From the IMG/VR virus record IMGVR_UViG_3300035703_000150, positions 1 to 46,766 of that record: a stretch of DNA of 46,766 nucleotides. The stretch is one strand, 5' to 3'. The first letter of the stretch is position 1; each line of letters starts with the position of its first letter. The position numbers and the translations under genes are program-made. This DNA comes from a virus (lineage: Duplodnaviria; Caudoviricetes). The notes under the pieces were generated by a model. The model did not search any database. It was given only the letters and a program-made list of their open reading frames with translations, and was not told where the DNA came from. Of this stretch, positions 37,664-45,760 are shown piece by piece.

Positions 37664-38164
37664 ATGAAGTATGCATTGAAGCCCTCAAGCCGTGTTCTTG
37701 ATGTAAAAGGTTCTAACAAGATTATTCTCTTCAAGGATGAAAAGCAGCTCATTAATTTCTTTCATCAAAAGATGAAACTTGACTTGACAAACCCTGTTGT
37801 CAAGAGTGAAAAGTATAATTGGCGTGATAGGAATAAGCCGAATGATATTGCAGCTACTGATGTAACCGGCATCTATTCTCTTCTTGTTTCCAGTAATCTC
37901 ACTTTTGAGTTTCTTTCATGGAGTAATCGTGTAAGTAAGTTTGTGCGCGATCAGCTTGGAACCAAAAATCATTGGGAACACTATAAGGTTCTTTGTCGTA
38001 TGCGTTCTTTGCCTTCTAACTGGACACTTTATACGCTTGAAGAAAATGGTGAAGGTGGTTCAGTATTGAAGAGTATTGGATGGGGAAACTTCTGGCGACA
38101 AGCAAAGAAGCAAGAACTTTTCAAAGATATTTGTTTGGCCTACAAGATTCCAGAAAAGGAATGA
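37664..38164 (+). CDS. Hypothetical protein
   Basis: AGGAG RBS. Confidence 0.7.
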   Translation: MKYALKPSSRVLDVKGSNKIILFKDEKQLINFFHQKMKLDLTNPVVKSEKYNWRDRNKPNDIAATDVTGIYSLLVSSNLTFEFLSWSNRVSKFVRDQLGTKNHWEHYKVLCRMRSLPSNWTLYTLEENGEGGSVLKSIGWGNFWRQAKKQELFKDICLAYKIPEKE

Positions 38165-38194
38165 ATAAACTGTCTACTTATTGAGGAGATATAT

Positions 38195-38431
38195 ATGATC
38201 CAAATGAATAGTGATATTGTTTATGTTCGTTCATATAATGGAAGCCTTGTTCCTGTAACCAAGGTTATGCTTGTTACAACTGATCCAAATACTGGAAAGG
38301 TTGTGCAAGAAGTTCCTCTTACCGATTTGCTTGAAAAGTTGATGTATCACAATATGAACTCCTTTGAGAAAACTGAACACCATTGGCGAGATGTTGAAAA
38401 CTATGATATCATCGCAAAGACAAAGTCATGA
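38195..38431 (+). CDS. Hypothetical protein
   Basis: GAGGAG RBS. Confidence 0.6.
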   Translation: MIQMNSDIVYVRSYNGSLVPVTKVMLVTTDPNTGKVVQEVPLTDLLEKLMYHNMNSFEKTEHHWRDVENYDIIAKTKS

Positions 38432-38565
38432 AAAATAAAACACCAAAAGATCGTAATGTTTATGCTATTCATGCCTGGAATAAAAAAGGTGGGCCACATC
38501 GCGATCAAAAATGGCAATCAAAAAATCGTAAGCGTGGAAAGGTAAAGGTTGATACTTGTGAGTGA
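38428..38565 (+). CDS. Small basic protein (45 aa)
   Basis: Not in ORF track. ATGA overlap; RNVYA...GGPHRD.K...RKRGK. Confidence 0.55.
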   Translation: MKNKTPKDRNVYAIHAWNKKGGPHRDQKWQSKNRKRGKVKVDTCE

Positions 38566-38815
38566 TCGTTTTGCTAAAAAGATAAAAAACATCAGTGAAA
38601 CACAGATTCTGTGGAGTGTTTTTCCACGAATCAATGGTCACAAGTGGATTATAACATCTGCCAAAGATATTCCTTTTACAGGACCAGAAACTTATATGTT
38701 TGGTGCTGATGAAAATGGACATATTGTTGAGTGGGATGAACTTGAAGGCTCTTATCGTGGAGGTTTAGAGCACAGAATCTGTTTCCAAAATATTGGATAC
38801 AATACATATGAATGA
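38549..38815 (+). CDS. Hypothetical phage protein
   Basis: GPETYMF.AD..G...WDEL.GS..G motif. Confidence 0.65.
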   Translation: MILVSDRFAKKIKNISETQILWSVFPRINGHKWIITSAKDIPFTGPETYMFGADENGHIVEWDELEGSYRGGLEHRICFQNIGYNTYE

Positions 38816-39104
38816 AGAAACAGAACATCAACTGGATCTAATACCACCAGAAGAAAATATAGAGCCAGAACCTCCATTTGAGATCGGCGATCTTGTTCAA
38901 ATGAGAGCAAAAGATCTAAAAATAGGCAGGTTTAGAAGGATGCCAGCAAATGACTATGGTGTAGTTATAAGCCTGAAACCTCCAAGGCATCTACGTTCCG
39001 ACTGGCTTGTTGAAGTATATTGGCAAAAGTTTATTCCTAAAACAAAAAGCCAAGTAAAACACAAGCGACTAAAAAAGGTAAGAATAAAAAAACATGCTAC
39101 ATAA
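38793..39104 (+). CDS. SH3/KOW-like paralog
   Basis: FEIGDLV...YGVVI...VEVYWQ. Confidence 0.65.
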   Translation: MDTIHMNEETEHQLDLIPPEENIEPEPPFEIGDLVQMRAKDLKIGRFRRMPANDYGVVISLKPPRHLRSDWLVEVYWQKFIPKTKSQVKHKRLKKVRIKKHAT

Positions 39105-39354
39105 AAAGATTGAAGAGTTTATCAAAAATACCGGAGAAGGAGTAGTTCTTGATTATATCAACGGCCAGTTTGTTTTGGAGAGTAAATGTTTTGCAGAAGG
39201 CAAACCTAATACTATTATCAAGATCAAGGCTATGGGGGCGAATCTAAACAACTGTGTTGATAACTTTGTTTATCAACTGGAACAAATAGAATATAACAAA
39301 AACAGCAACAATGAAAATGATGCGGAATCCTACCGCTGGTACTGCTCATATTGA
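39094..39354 (+). CDS. Hypothetical protein
   Basis: ORF in coupled array. Confidence 0.55.
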   Translation: MLHKKIEEFIKNTGEGVVLDYINGQFVLESKCFAEGKPNTIIKIKAMGANLNNCVDNFVYQLEQIEYNKNSNNENDAESYRWYCSY

Positions 39355-39382
39355 ATAATAATATCATAAATGCGCTATGTGC

Positions 39383-39437
39383 TTGCGTTTTTCTTCCCGA
39401 TGTGCTATAATACACAAAACCAAGGTTAGATCACGCA
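39383..39437 (+). promoter_or_regulatory. Promoter with downstream AGATCACGCA box
   Basis: TTGCGT-17-TATAAT with TG extension; box at 39428-39437. Confidence 0.7.
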
Positions 39438-39469
39438 GCGATAACAATATATTGTAGGAGAATATACAG

Positions 39470-40177
39470 ATGTATAAGCGAACTGTTCGTTGTAGATATT
39501 GTTATAAGGATGGTCACACTTACGCGACTTGTGAAAGTCTCAAGGCTCATGTGGCAGTAAATCCCACTAGTTATTGGGCTGCCCGCCTTTCTACTCGCAA
39601 GGAAAGTGCAAAGCATCGCAAGTGTAGTTATTGTAATGAAGAAGGTCACAACAAGAAAACTTGTTCCCATATTCTTTCCGACAAGGTAAAGATCGCAGCA
39701 GTCAATATCAGCTTTCGTAAAAAGTTTTACGAGAACATCATTGTAAGAGACGGTATTGTTCCGGGTGCTCTTGTAAAGATCAAGCGAGCTTCTGGATATG
39801 TGAATGGCGAATACAAGTATGATCTGCGAGATCAGCTTGCTCTTGTTGTTGATATCAAGTTGAATGAAGTAAATGCTCTGAATGGCAAGTCTGTATCAGC
39901 TATCATTATTGAATATCTACACATCACAGATTGTCGTGGTGCGAAACAAGCACAAGGTTTTTCAGAGATTCCAAACTGGTATATTCTTGGAAAAAACAAT
40001 ACAAATGAAGATGCATGGGTGATTCCACAGCACAATATTGAAGTTGTCAGTCGTGGCTACTATGATATTGATAATGTTGAAGAATGGTCAAGAGATGTAA
40101 AGTCTATTGAGAATATTCAATCCATACTCGGAGATCATCATTCTGTAACAAACGCACTAAACTTTTATAATAAGTAA
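39470..40177 (+). CDS. Protein with two N-terminal CCHC zinc knuckles
   Basis: CRYCYKDGHTYATC and CSYCNEEGHNKKTC; AGGAG RBS. Confidence 0.75.
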   Translation: MYKRTVRCRYCYKDGHTYATCESLKAHVAVNPTSYWAARLSTRKESAKHRKCSYCNEEGHNKKTCSHILSDKVKIAAVNISFRKKFYENIIVRDGIVPGALVKIKRASGYVNGEYKYDLRDQLALVVDIKLNEVNALNGKSVSAIIIEYLHITDCRGAKQAQGFSEIPNWYILGKNNTNEDAWVIPQHNIEVVSRGYYDIDNVEEWSRDVKSIENIQSILGDHHSVTNALNFYNK

Positions 40178-40220
40178 TGATTGCAGTTTTGGTGTTCTGC
40201 TTATCAAAAACACCAGTTAT

Positions 40221-40292
40221 GCCAACGTAGTTTAACGGTAAAATTCCACTTTTGTAATGTGCGAGATACAGGTTCAAATCCTGTCGTTGGCT
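40221..40292 (+). tRNA. tRNA-Thr(UGU)-like, irregular anticodon stem, no encoded CCA
   Basis: GCCAACG/CGTTGGC acceptor stem, ACAGG-TTCAAAT-CCTGT T-arm, TTTGTAA loop. Confidence 0.65.
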
Positions 40293-40328
40293 TTCACTAT
40301 ATCTTATACAGTCCGCAAACTTCCGTGC

Positions 40329-40358
40329 TTGACAGCGCCGGGTCCGTTGTGCGATGAT
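40329..40358 (+). promoter_or_regulatory. Possible promoter for the MoxR gene
   Basis: TTGACA with a weak -10 (TGC-GATGAT, 18-nt spacer); GC-rich structured leader follows. Confidence 0.45.
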
Positions 40359-40435
40359 GGATCGCCGACCGAGATCAGCCCTGCAATCCCGCAGGGAGAT
40401 CAGTTAGATAAACAGTAAACAAACGAGATAAAACA

Positions 40436-41497
40436 ATGCAGCTTGATTTTGCTACTTTTCTTCGTATTGCAAAGCCGATTCTTGATAACCGGCTTCCACT
40501 TCTTCTTCGTGGTCGTCACGGTATTGGTAAGTCACAAGTGGTGTATCAGATTGCACAGGAAAGGAATCTGCCGGTTGTCGAGCGTCGAGCCAGCCAGATG
40601 AGTGAGGGTGATCTTATTGGTCTTCCTGTGATCTCTGGTGATTCTACTAAGTGGAATCCCCCGGATTGGTTCAAGACAGCGTGTAATAATGCCGTTCTCC
40701 TCTTTCTGGATGAGGTTGATCGTGCTGTTATTGAAGTGCGACAGGGTATCTTTGAGCTTACTGACAGCCGTAAGCTGAACGGTCATACTCTCCATCCTGA
40801 TACCATTATTGTTGCCGCTGTAAACGGTGGTGAGAGTGGTTCACAGTATCAGGTAGGCGAAATGGACCCGGCAGAACTTGACCGTTGGTCTGCCTTTGAT
40901 CTTTCTCCTACTGTGGAAGATTGGTTGTCTTGGGCAAAGAACAACACAAATCAGTTTGTTTACGATTTCATCAATCTGAACCGTGAACACCTTGAGCATA
41001 AGAGTGACTTTGAACCTAACAAGGTTTATCCTTCTCGTCGTTCTTGGAAGCGACTGAATGATGTTCTTGTTGCTGCTGATATGTTTAGTGAAGATAATAT
41101 CAAGGATATTCGCAATATCGCGGTTGGTTTTGTTGGTTATGAGGCTGCTATTGCACTTCATGACTTTGTGGAGAAGTATGATCGTCAGGTCACTCCCGAA
41201 GATGTGATTGTGAATGGTAAGATTGAAAAGACTGCAAAGTTTGGTATCATTGAGCATTGTGCTCTTATTGATAAGATTGAAAGCAAGGGTCTTCTTGCCA
41301 ACAAGCTGCCAAAGGATCAGCTTGAGAATCTTGCACGTTATTTTGTTTCTCTCCCCAGTGAAGCTGCCATGAAGATGTGGCATCTTCTTGGTAAGGGTCT
41401 TGTTGATAACACTACCGCTTTCCATCAGGTTACTGTTGATGGTGCAAGTCCTTCCAAGTTTCTTTCTGAAATCCTTTCCGGTAAGAAGGTAAAGTGA
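40436..41497 (+). CDS. MoxR-like AAA+ ATPase
   Basis: Walker A GRHGIGKS, DLIGLP, Walker B LFLDEVDRA, MDPAELDRW, PSRRSW. Confidence 0.9.
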   Translation: MQLDFATFLRIAKPILDNRLPLLLRGRHGIGKSQVVYQIAQERNLPVVERRASQMSEGDLIGLPVISGDSTKWNPPDWFKTACNNAVLLFLDEVDRAVIEVRQGIFELTDSRKLNGHTLHPDTIIVAAVNGGESGSQYQVGEMDPAELDRWSAFDLSPTVEDWLSWAKNNTNQFVYDFINLNREHLEHKSDFEPNKVYPSRRSWKRLNDVLVAADMFSEDNIKDIRNIAVGFVGYEAAIALHDFVEKYDRQVTPEDVIVNGKIEKTAKFGIIEHCALIDKIESKGLLANKLPKDQLENLARYFVSLPSEAAMKMWHLLGKGLVDNTTAFHQVTVDGASPSKFLSEILSGKKVK

Positions 41498-41581
41498 GTT
41501 AGTTTGTAGTTTTATGTGTTTAGCAGTATAACCAAAAGATACTGTGTAGTTTATCCGTTCTACATCAAAACGGATATTTGT

Positions 41582-41658
41582 GCTCCTGTAACTCAGTTGG
41601 TCAGAGTGTCGCTCTTATAAGGCGAAAGTCGTGAGTTCAAATCTCACCGGGAGTACCA
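41582..41658 (+). tRNA. tRNA-Ile(UAU), copy 1
   Basis: Full cloverleaf; TCGCT-CTTATAA-GGCGA anticodon arm; ends ACCA. Confidence 0.9.
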
Positions 41659-41691
41659 TTTATATTTTGTTTATATCAAAGGAGATAGTGT

Positions 41692-41826
41692 ATGCTTTCT
41701 GTTGTTTTTGCTTTTTTTGTTTCTATCTTTTTTCCCGTTGATGAAACTCCGCCACGGAATATCCCTGTTGTAACTGTACCAGAAGATGAGATCATTATTG
41801 AAAATATCATTGTAGAAAATCTTTGA
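41692..41826 (+). CDS. Small membrane or secreted peptide (44 aa)
   Basis: Not in ORF track. AGGAG RBS; MLSVVFAFFVSIFFPVDETPP... Confidence 0.5.
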   Translation: MLSVVFAFFVSIFFPVDETPPRNIPVVTVPEDEIIIENIIVENL

Positions 41827-41856
41827 ATAACAATACACCAAACAGGAGATAAACAT

Positions 41857-42219
41857 ATGTCACTCACTATTGAACAAACCGATGCTGCTATTCTCGCAAC
41901 CTTTCACTCAATGGAAGAAGGCGTTGATTATGTGTTGAACGATTTTTGGTTTGCCGAAATGAACCGAATTCGTAAAGAATATGGTTATCCTATCCTCAAA
42001 AACAGGAAGGAATATGTTTTTTCCAGAAAGGGCACAAAGCTCTTTGTGAGCGAGCAAGAAATGTTTGATTTCAAGGATAAAACAAACCTCGCCCTCGCCC
42101 TCGCCCTCGCCCTCGCCTTCGCCCTACAGCATAACGGTATTGAAAAGTTGAATAAGGATACCTGTGAAGGCAAGTTTGTAGAGATTGACGGCAAGAAATA
42201 TAAACTGACTGCTGTTTGA
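41857..42219 (+). CDS. Hypothetical protein with an in-frame (Leu-Ala)n tract
   Basis: AGGAG RBS; LALALALALAFAL encoded by the hexamer repeat. Confidence 0.65.
   Translation: MSLTIEQTDAAILATFHSMEEGVDYVLNDFWFAEMNRIRKEYGYPILKNRKEYVFSRKGTKLFVSEQEMFDFKDKTNLALALALALAFALQHNGIEKLNKDTCEGKFVEIDGKKYKLTAV
42090..42125. repeat. (CGCCYT)6 hexamer tract
   Basis: CGCCCT x4, CGCCTT, CGCCCT. Confidence 0.95.
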
Positions 42220-42243
42220 ATATATAAACAAACGGAGAACAAA

Positions 42244-42576
42244 ATGGGATACCGTAGTGATGTTTTGCTCGCAACAACCGATCAAAATGTAAAGAAACTG
42301 TTTCTCGCTTGTAGTGACAAGGCTGCTGTCAATATTGCACAATATACCAGTATTCACAAGCGAGATGGTTGGACTTTGTTTTCTTGGTCAGATGTAAAGT
42401 GGTATAGTGAATATGCCGAAGTAGATGCTGTTGAAAAGTTTGTTGATACTCTTGATGAAGGTGAATATGAATTCCATATAATGGGAGAAGACCACGAAGA
42501 CTATACTGTAAGGGGAGATCAAGGTAATAGTCCTTTTAGTATTTTTCTTTCTCGCCACCTGAACTTCCATCCATAA
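42244..42576 (+). CDS. Hypothetical phage protein
   Basis: MGYRSDV...VKWY...GED motif; GGAG RBS. Confidence 0.7.
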   Translation: MGYRSDVLLATTDQNVKKLFLACSDKAAVNIAQYTSIHKRDGWTLFSWSDVKWYSEYAEVDAVEKFVDTLDEGEYEFHIMGEDHEDYTVRGDQGNSPFSIFLSRHLNFHP

Positions 42577-42586
42577 GGAGAAACAA

Positions 42587-42787
42587 ATGAAAATCGGTGA
42601 TGTGATCCTTTCTAATACTGGCAAAACTGGTGTTATTACAAAGTTGGTAGAACACAACCATAGAAAGGCAGAGGAAAATACATTTGAAGTATCTTGGAAT
42701 AACACTGATATGCCAACTTGTGAACTAACTGAAAACAATATTCAGTTTTTGATCTCGGTTGGTAAATGGACGGTTCAAAGTGTCTAA
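42587..42787 (+). CDS. Small SH3/KOW-like paralog
   Basis: MKIGDVI...TGVI...FEVSW. Confidence 0.65.
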   Translation: MKIGDVILSNTGKTGVITKLVEHNHRKAEENTFEVSWNNTDMPTCELTENNIQFLISVGKWTVQSV

Positions 42788-43049
42788 TAGTTCATGGAAG
42801 AACAAGATACCTCAGCAAGAACTGCTGAAACAAGCGGATCTTGTTCTTTATTGTGACAGCGAAGAACAGATGACAGGTTTAGTTATTTCTCTGAATAACA
42901 ATGATGATTGGTGGGGTGGGGGATATTATAACATTCTTTGGAGCAGCCAAACATGGGTAATAGAAGAAGGACAAGAAGTTTCATATGAAGAAATGCATCG
43001 CTGGAGACTGTCTAATATAGCAAAAATATTTCCAGCACCAAACAAATAA
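42759..43049 (+). CDS. SH3/KOW-like paralog
   Basis: LKQADLV...TGLVI...YNILW. Confidence 0.55.
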   Translation: MVNGRFKVSNSSWKNKIPQQELLKQADLVLYCDSEEQMTGLVISLNNNDDWWGGGYYNILWSSQTWVIEEGQEVSYEEMHRWRLSNIAKIFPAPNK

Positions 43050-43052
43050 CAA

Positions 43053-43322
43053 ATGGGAAGAAAAAATAGATTCAAAAGCACTTTTCGCAACACAGTAACC
43101 CCAGGAACACTATGGGTTTGTAGCACTTCATTTACAACTTTTTATACAGCGGCGCAGAAAGAAAGAATAACAAAAATCCAAAAAGGAGATCACTGTATTG
43201 TTATATCTTTACGGCAAGGTTATTACAAAGATATACTAACAGTAAGGTGTCTTTCTCAAAGACTTGGATACTGTTACGATATTTCTTTAGAGGAACTATA
43301 TTTCAACTATACTAAAATATAA
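43053..43322 (+). CDS. Hypothetical (SH3-like) protein
   Basis: VTPGTLW and IQKGD patterns. Confidence 0.55.
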   Translation: MGRKNRFKSTFRNTVTPGTLWVCSTSFTTFYTAAQKERITKIQKGDHCIVISLRQGYYKDILTVRCLSQRLGYCYDISLEELYFNYTKI

Positions 43323-43327
43323 GTTTT

Positions 43328-43404
43328 GCTCCCGTAACTCAATTGGTTAGAGTGTCGCTCTTATAAGGCGAAAGTTGTGAGTTCAAATCTCACCGGGAGT
43401 ACCA
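43328..43404 (+). tRNA. tRNA-Ile(UAU), copy 2
   Basis: Near-identical to 41582-41658 (four substitutions by eye); ends ACCA. Confidence 0.9.
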
Positions 43405-43423
43405 TTATATTTCAGGAGAACAA

Positions 43424-43648
43424 ATGAGCAAAACAAGAAATATTACAACTCAAAAGTATATTGATATTCTAAGTAACGCACCTGATAGTGAAGACAAGCG
43501 AGAACATTTGCAAGAAGCAAAACTTGCTCTGAGAGAAGGAAGAGCAAACGCAACTATTGTTTTTACAGAAACACAATACTATGTAATGTTTGAAAACCCA
43601 CAAACAGCAAACTCGCCTATTAATTATGACTACAACTGGATCAACTAA
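43424..43648 (+). CDS. Hypothetical protein
   Basis: AGGAG RBS. Confidence 0.6.
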   Translation: MSKTRNITTQKYIDILSNAPDSEDKREHLQEAKLALREGRANATIVFTETQYYVMFENPQTANSPINYDYNWIN

Positions 43649-43826
43649 ACAAAGTTATTTATACAAACTTGTTAGTTATCTGTGGAATGGTGAACGGGAG
43701 CTTGGCTTTGTTTTAGAAGAAGCAAAAACATGGAGTGGAAGTTGGGTTTACACTGTTCTAAATCAACGAACAACAACTCGACATATTCTTTATAGTAGTT
43801 ATACAAAAGTAACATTGGAGGAATAA
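43626..43826 (+). CDS. Small SH3-like hypothetical protein
   Basis: ATG 43626; LGFVL...YTVL. Confidence 0.5.
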   Translation: MTTTGSTKQSYLYKLVSYLWNGERELGFVLEEAKTWSGSWVYTVLNQRTTTRHILYSSYTKVTLEE

Positions 43827-43827
43827 C

Positions 43828-43992
43828 ATGGAAGAAGAACTTATTGAAACACTAAAGCAGATTCGTAAGATTGCAGAAGATGAAAGTTTTAGCTCAGATG
43901 AAGCACTTGATGTTATTATTGAACTTATTGAAGTAACACTTTCTCATCAAGGTGTATTCTTTGATGATGAAGACGAAGATGAACCGAACTGA
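43828..43992 (+). CDS. Very acidic 54-aa protein
   Basis: Not in ORF track. GGAGG RBS; MEEELIETLKQIRKIAEDESFSSDEALDVIIELIEVTLSHQGVFFDDEDEDEPN. Confidence 0.65.
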   Translation: MEEELIETLKQIRKIAEDESFSSDEALDVIIELIEVTLSHQGVFFDDEDEDEPN

Positions 43993-44056
43993 ATATTATT
44001 GAAGAAAACAAACTAAACCATATACTAAACAACAAACCGCTGTGATCTGTTCTGGC

Positions 44057-44111
44057 TTGCGGGCTTTCCTATTGTATGCTATAATGCGAGAAGTCCGTGG
44101 CAGATCACGCA
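44057..44111 (+). promoter_or_regulatory. Promoter with downstream AGATCACGCA box
   Basis: TTGCGG-17-TATAAT with TG extension; box at 44102-44111. Confidence 0.7.
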
Positions 44112-44142
44112 CAGAAAACTCCTAACTGTAAGGATAATCACA

Positions 44143-45420
44143 ATGACCAACAATTATGATCTTAATCGGCATCTTGCTCGCTATCTCAAGGAAGAACCAT
44201 TCTACGCTGCTCTTTCCCGACATATTGAAAAGTATCCGTCAAATGCGATTCCTACTGCCGGTGTTTGTATCAACCCGGACAGTGGCACGTTTGAACTTCT
44301 TTACAATCCAGAGTTTGTTGAAAAGCTGACCGATGATGAAGTTATGCTTCTTCTCAAGCATGAGTTTATGCATCTTATTCTGGATCATGTGACTGGTCGT
44401 ATGCCAGATAAGTCACAGATGAGGATGTGGAATCATGCTACTGATCTTGCGATCAATAGCGAAATCTTTCCCAAGGAAGTAAAGGAAAGCATCAAGAATA
44501 TGTATGATATGTGTCTCCTTCCCGGAAAGGAAGGACCGTATCAAAATCTGCCTTCTCATCAAAGTGCTGACTTTTACTTTGATGAAATCAAGAAGATGGT
44601 GGAAGAACAGAAGAAGAATGGTCAAGGTGAAGGTGAAGGTCAAGGTGAAGGTCAAGGTGAAGGTCAATCTGGTGGTGGTCAATCACAACCAGGTGATGGC
44701 AATGGTTCCGGCTTTGATTCGCATGAAGGATGGGGTGAAGATGGAAAGAACCCTATTCCACAAGAAGTGCGAGAACTTGCAAAGGAACGTTTGCGTCAAG
44801 CAATGAGTGAAGCCGCCAATGAAGCAAACCGTACAGGTTCATGGGGTTCTGTTTCTCAGTCAATGCGTAAGGATATTATGAAGCGCATTACTTCCAAGGT
44901 TGATTGGAAGAAGGTCTTGCGATACTTTATCAAGACCAGTCAAAAGTCTGATAAGCAGAATAGTGTTCGCAAGATCAATCACCGTTTCCCATATATTCAT
45001 GCAGGTAAGAAGACAAACCGGACTGCAAAGATTGCTATTGCTATTGATCAGTCTGGATCGGTTAGTGATGCTATGCTTATGACCTTCTTTGCTGAACTTG
45101 ATAATCTGGCAGAGTTGGCTGAATTTACTGTGATCCCGTTTGATGATGGTGTTGCAGAAGATAAGATTTATGTATGGAAGAAGGGACAGAAGAAGAAGGC
45201 TGAGCGTGTACTGTGTGGTGGCACTAATTTTGATGCACCTACAAAGTATGTGAATGAGAAGAACTACGATGGAATGATTGTGCTAACTGACATGTGTGCT
45301 CCAAAGCCTGTTGCGTGTAAGTGTCAGCGAATGTGGATGACTAATGAAGAAAACGCACGCAATCCTTATTTCAAGACCAGTGAACGTATCATCACTGTTG
45401 AAGTAAAGCAAGGTCGCTGA
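44143..45420 (+). CDS. DUF2201-type metallopeptidase-like plus vWA-like protein
   Basis: PTAGV, HEFMH, WNHATDLAIN, G/E-rich linker, IDQSGS MIDAS, GGTNF, LTD. Confidence 0.88.
   Translation: MTNNYDLNRHLARYLKEEPFYAALSRHIEKYPSNAIPTAGVCINPDSGTFELLYNPEFVEKLTDDEVMLLLKHEFMHLILDHVTGRMPDKSQMRMWNHATDLAINSEIFPKEVKESIKNMYDMCLLPGKEGPYQNLPSHQSADFYFDEIKKMVEEQKKNGQGEGEGQGEGQGEGQSGGGQSQPGDGNGSGFDSHEGWGEDGKNPIPQEVRELAKERLRQAMSEAANEANRTGSWGSVSQSMRKDIMKRITSKVDWKKVLRYFIKTSQKSDKQNSVRKINHRFPYIHAGKKTNRTAKIAIAIDQSGSVSDAMLMTFFAELDNLAELAEFTVIPFDDGVAEDKIYVWKKGQKKKAERVLCGGTNFDAPTKYVNEKNYDGMIVLTDMCAPKPVACKCQRMWMTNEENARNPYFKTSERIITVEVKQGR
44620..44667 (+). repeat. (GGTSAA)8 coding repeat, Gly-Gln/Gly-Glu linker
   Basis: GQGEGEGQGEGQGEGQ. 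Confidence 0.85.
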
Positions 45421-45425
45421 TATTT

Positions 45426-45470
45426 AGATAGAGAACGGCGGTTATTCCAGCCGCCGTTCTTTTATCTTTG
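45426..45470 (+). terminator. Intrinsic terminator
   Basis: AGAACGGCGG...CCGCCGTTCT followed by a T-rich tract. Confidence 0.8.
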
Positions 45471-45505
45471 TTATATTTACTTTTGATAGAGAAAGAAGTG
45501 AATAT

Positions 45506-45760
45506 ATGTCACAAGAAGATCTAAATGTTGGTGATCTTGTCAAAATAAAGCCACTTACACGATCAAAAAAATTCAATAAAAGTATCAGTGTGCCAAAGTT
45601 TGATACAACATCTCCATTTGATAATGATTTTGGTATTGTGGTTCAGGTTGTGTTGTATAAAAATACAAAACATAGTTATGTTGTTGTTCTTTGGCAAAAG
45701 TTGGCAAAAGAATTTTCACACTTCCCCAGCGCATTGGAAAAAATCTCATCAGTGGTTTGA
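45506..45760 (+). CDS. SH3/KOW-like paralog
   Basis: LNVGDLV...FGIVV...VVLWQ. Confidence 0.65.
   Translation: MSQEDLNVGDLVKIKPLTRSKKFNKSISVPKFDTTSPFDNDFGIVVQVVLYKNTKHSYVVVLWQKLAKEFSHFPSALEKISSVV

Noticed and set aside
36831-41425. Long minus-strand ORFs (36831-37646, 40841-41425; also 30854-31381)
   Set aside because: They are shadows of + strand genes whose codon use is poor in TTA/CTA/TCA. They show no recognisable motifs.
41582-43404. Ochre (UUA) suppressor tRNAs that could read the dnaE TAA
   Set aside because: The 7-nt loop CUUAUAA puts UAU at positions 34-36. Read-through would also not fix the frame.
44620-44667. Gly-Glu/Gly-Gln repeat as the source of the CGCCYT tracts
   Set aside because: It is an ordinary low-complexity linker of DUF2201 proteins with different codons (GGT GAA/CAA). 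It is only loosely complementary to the tracts.
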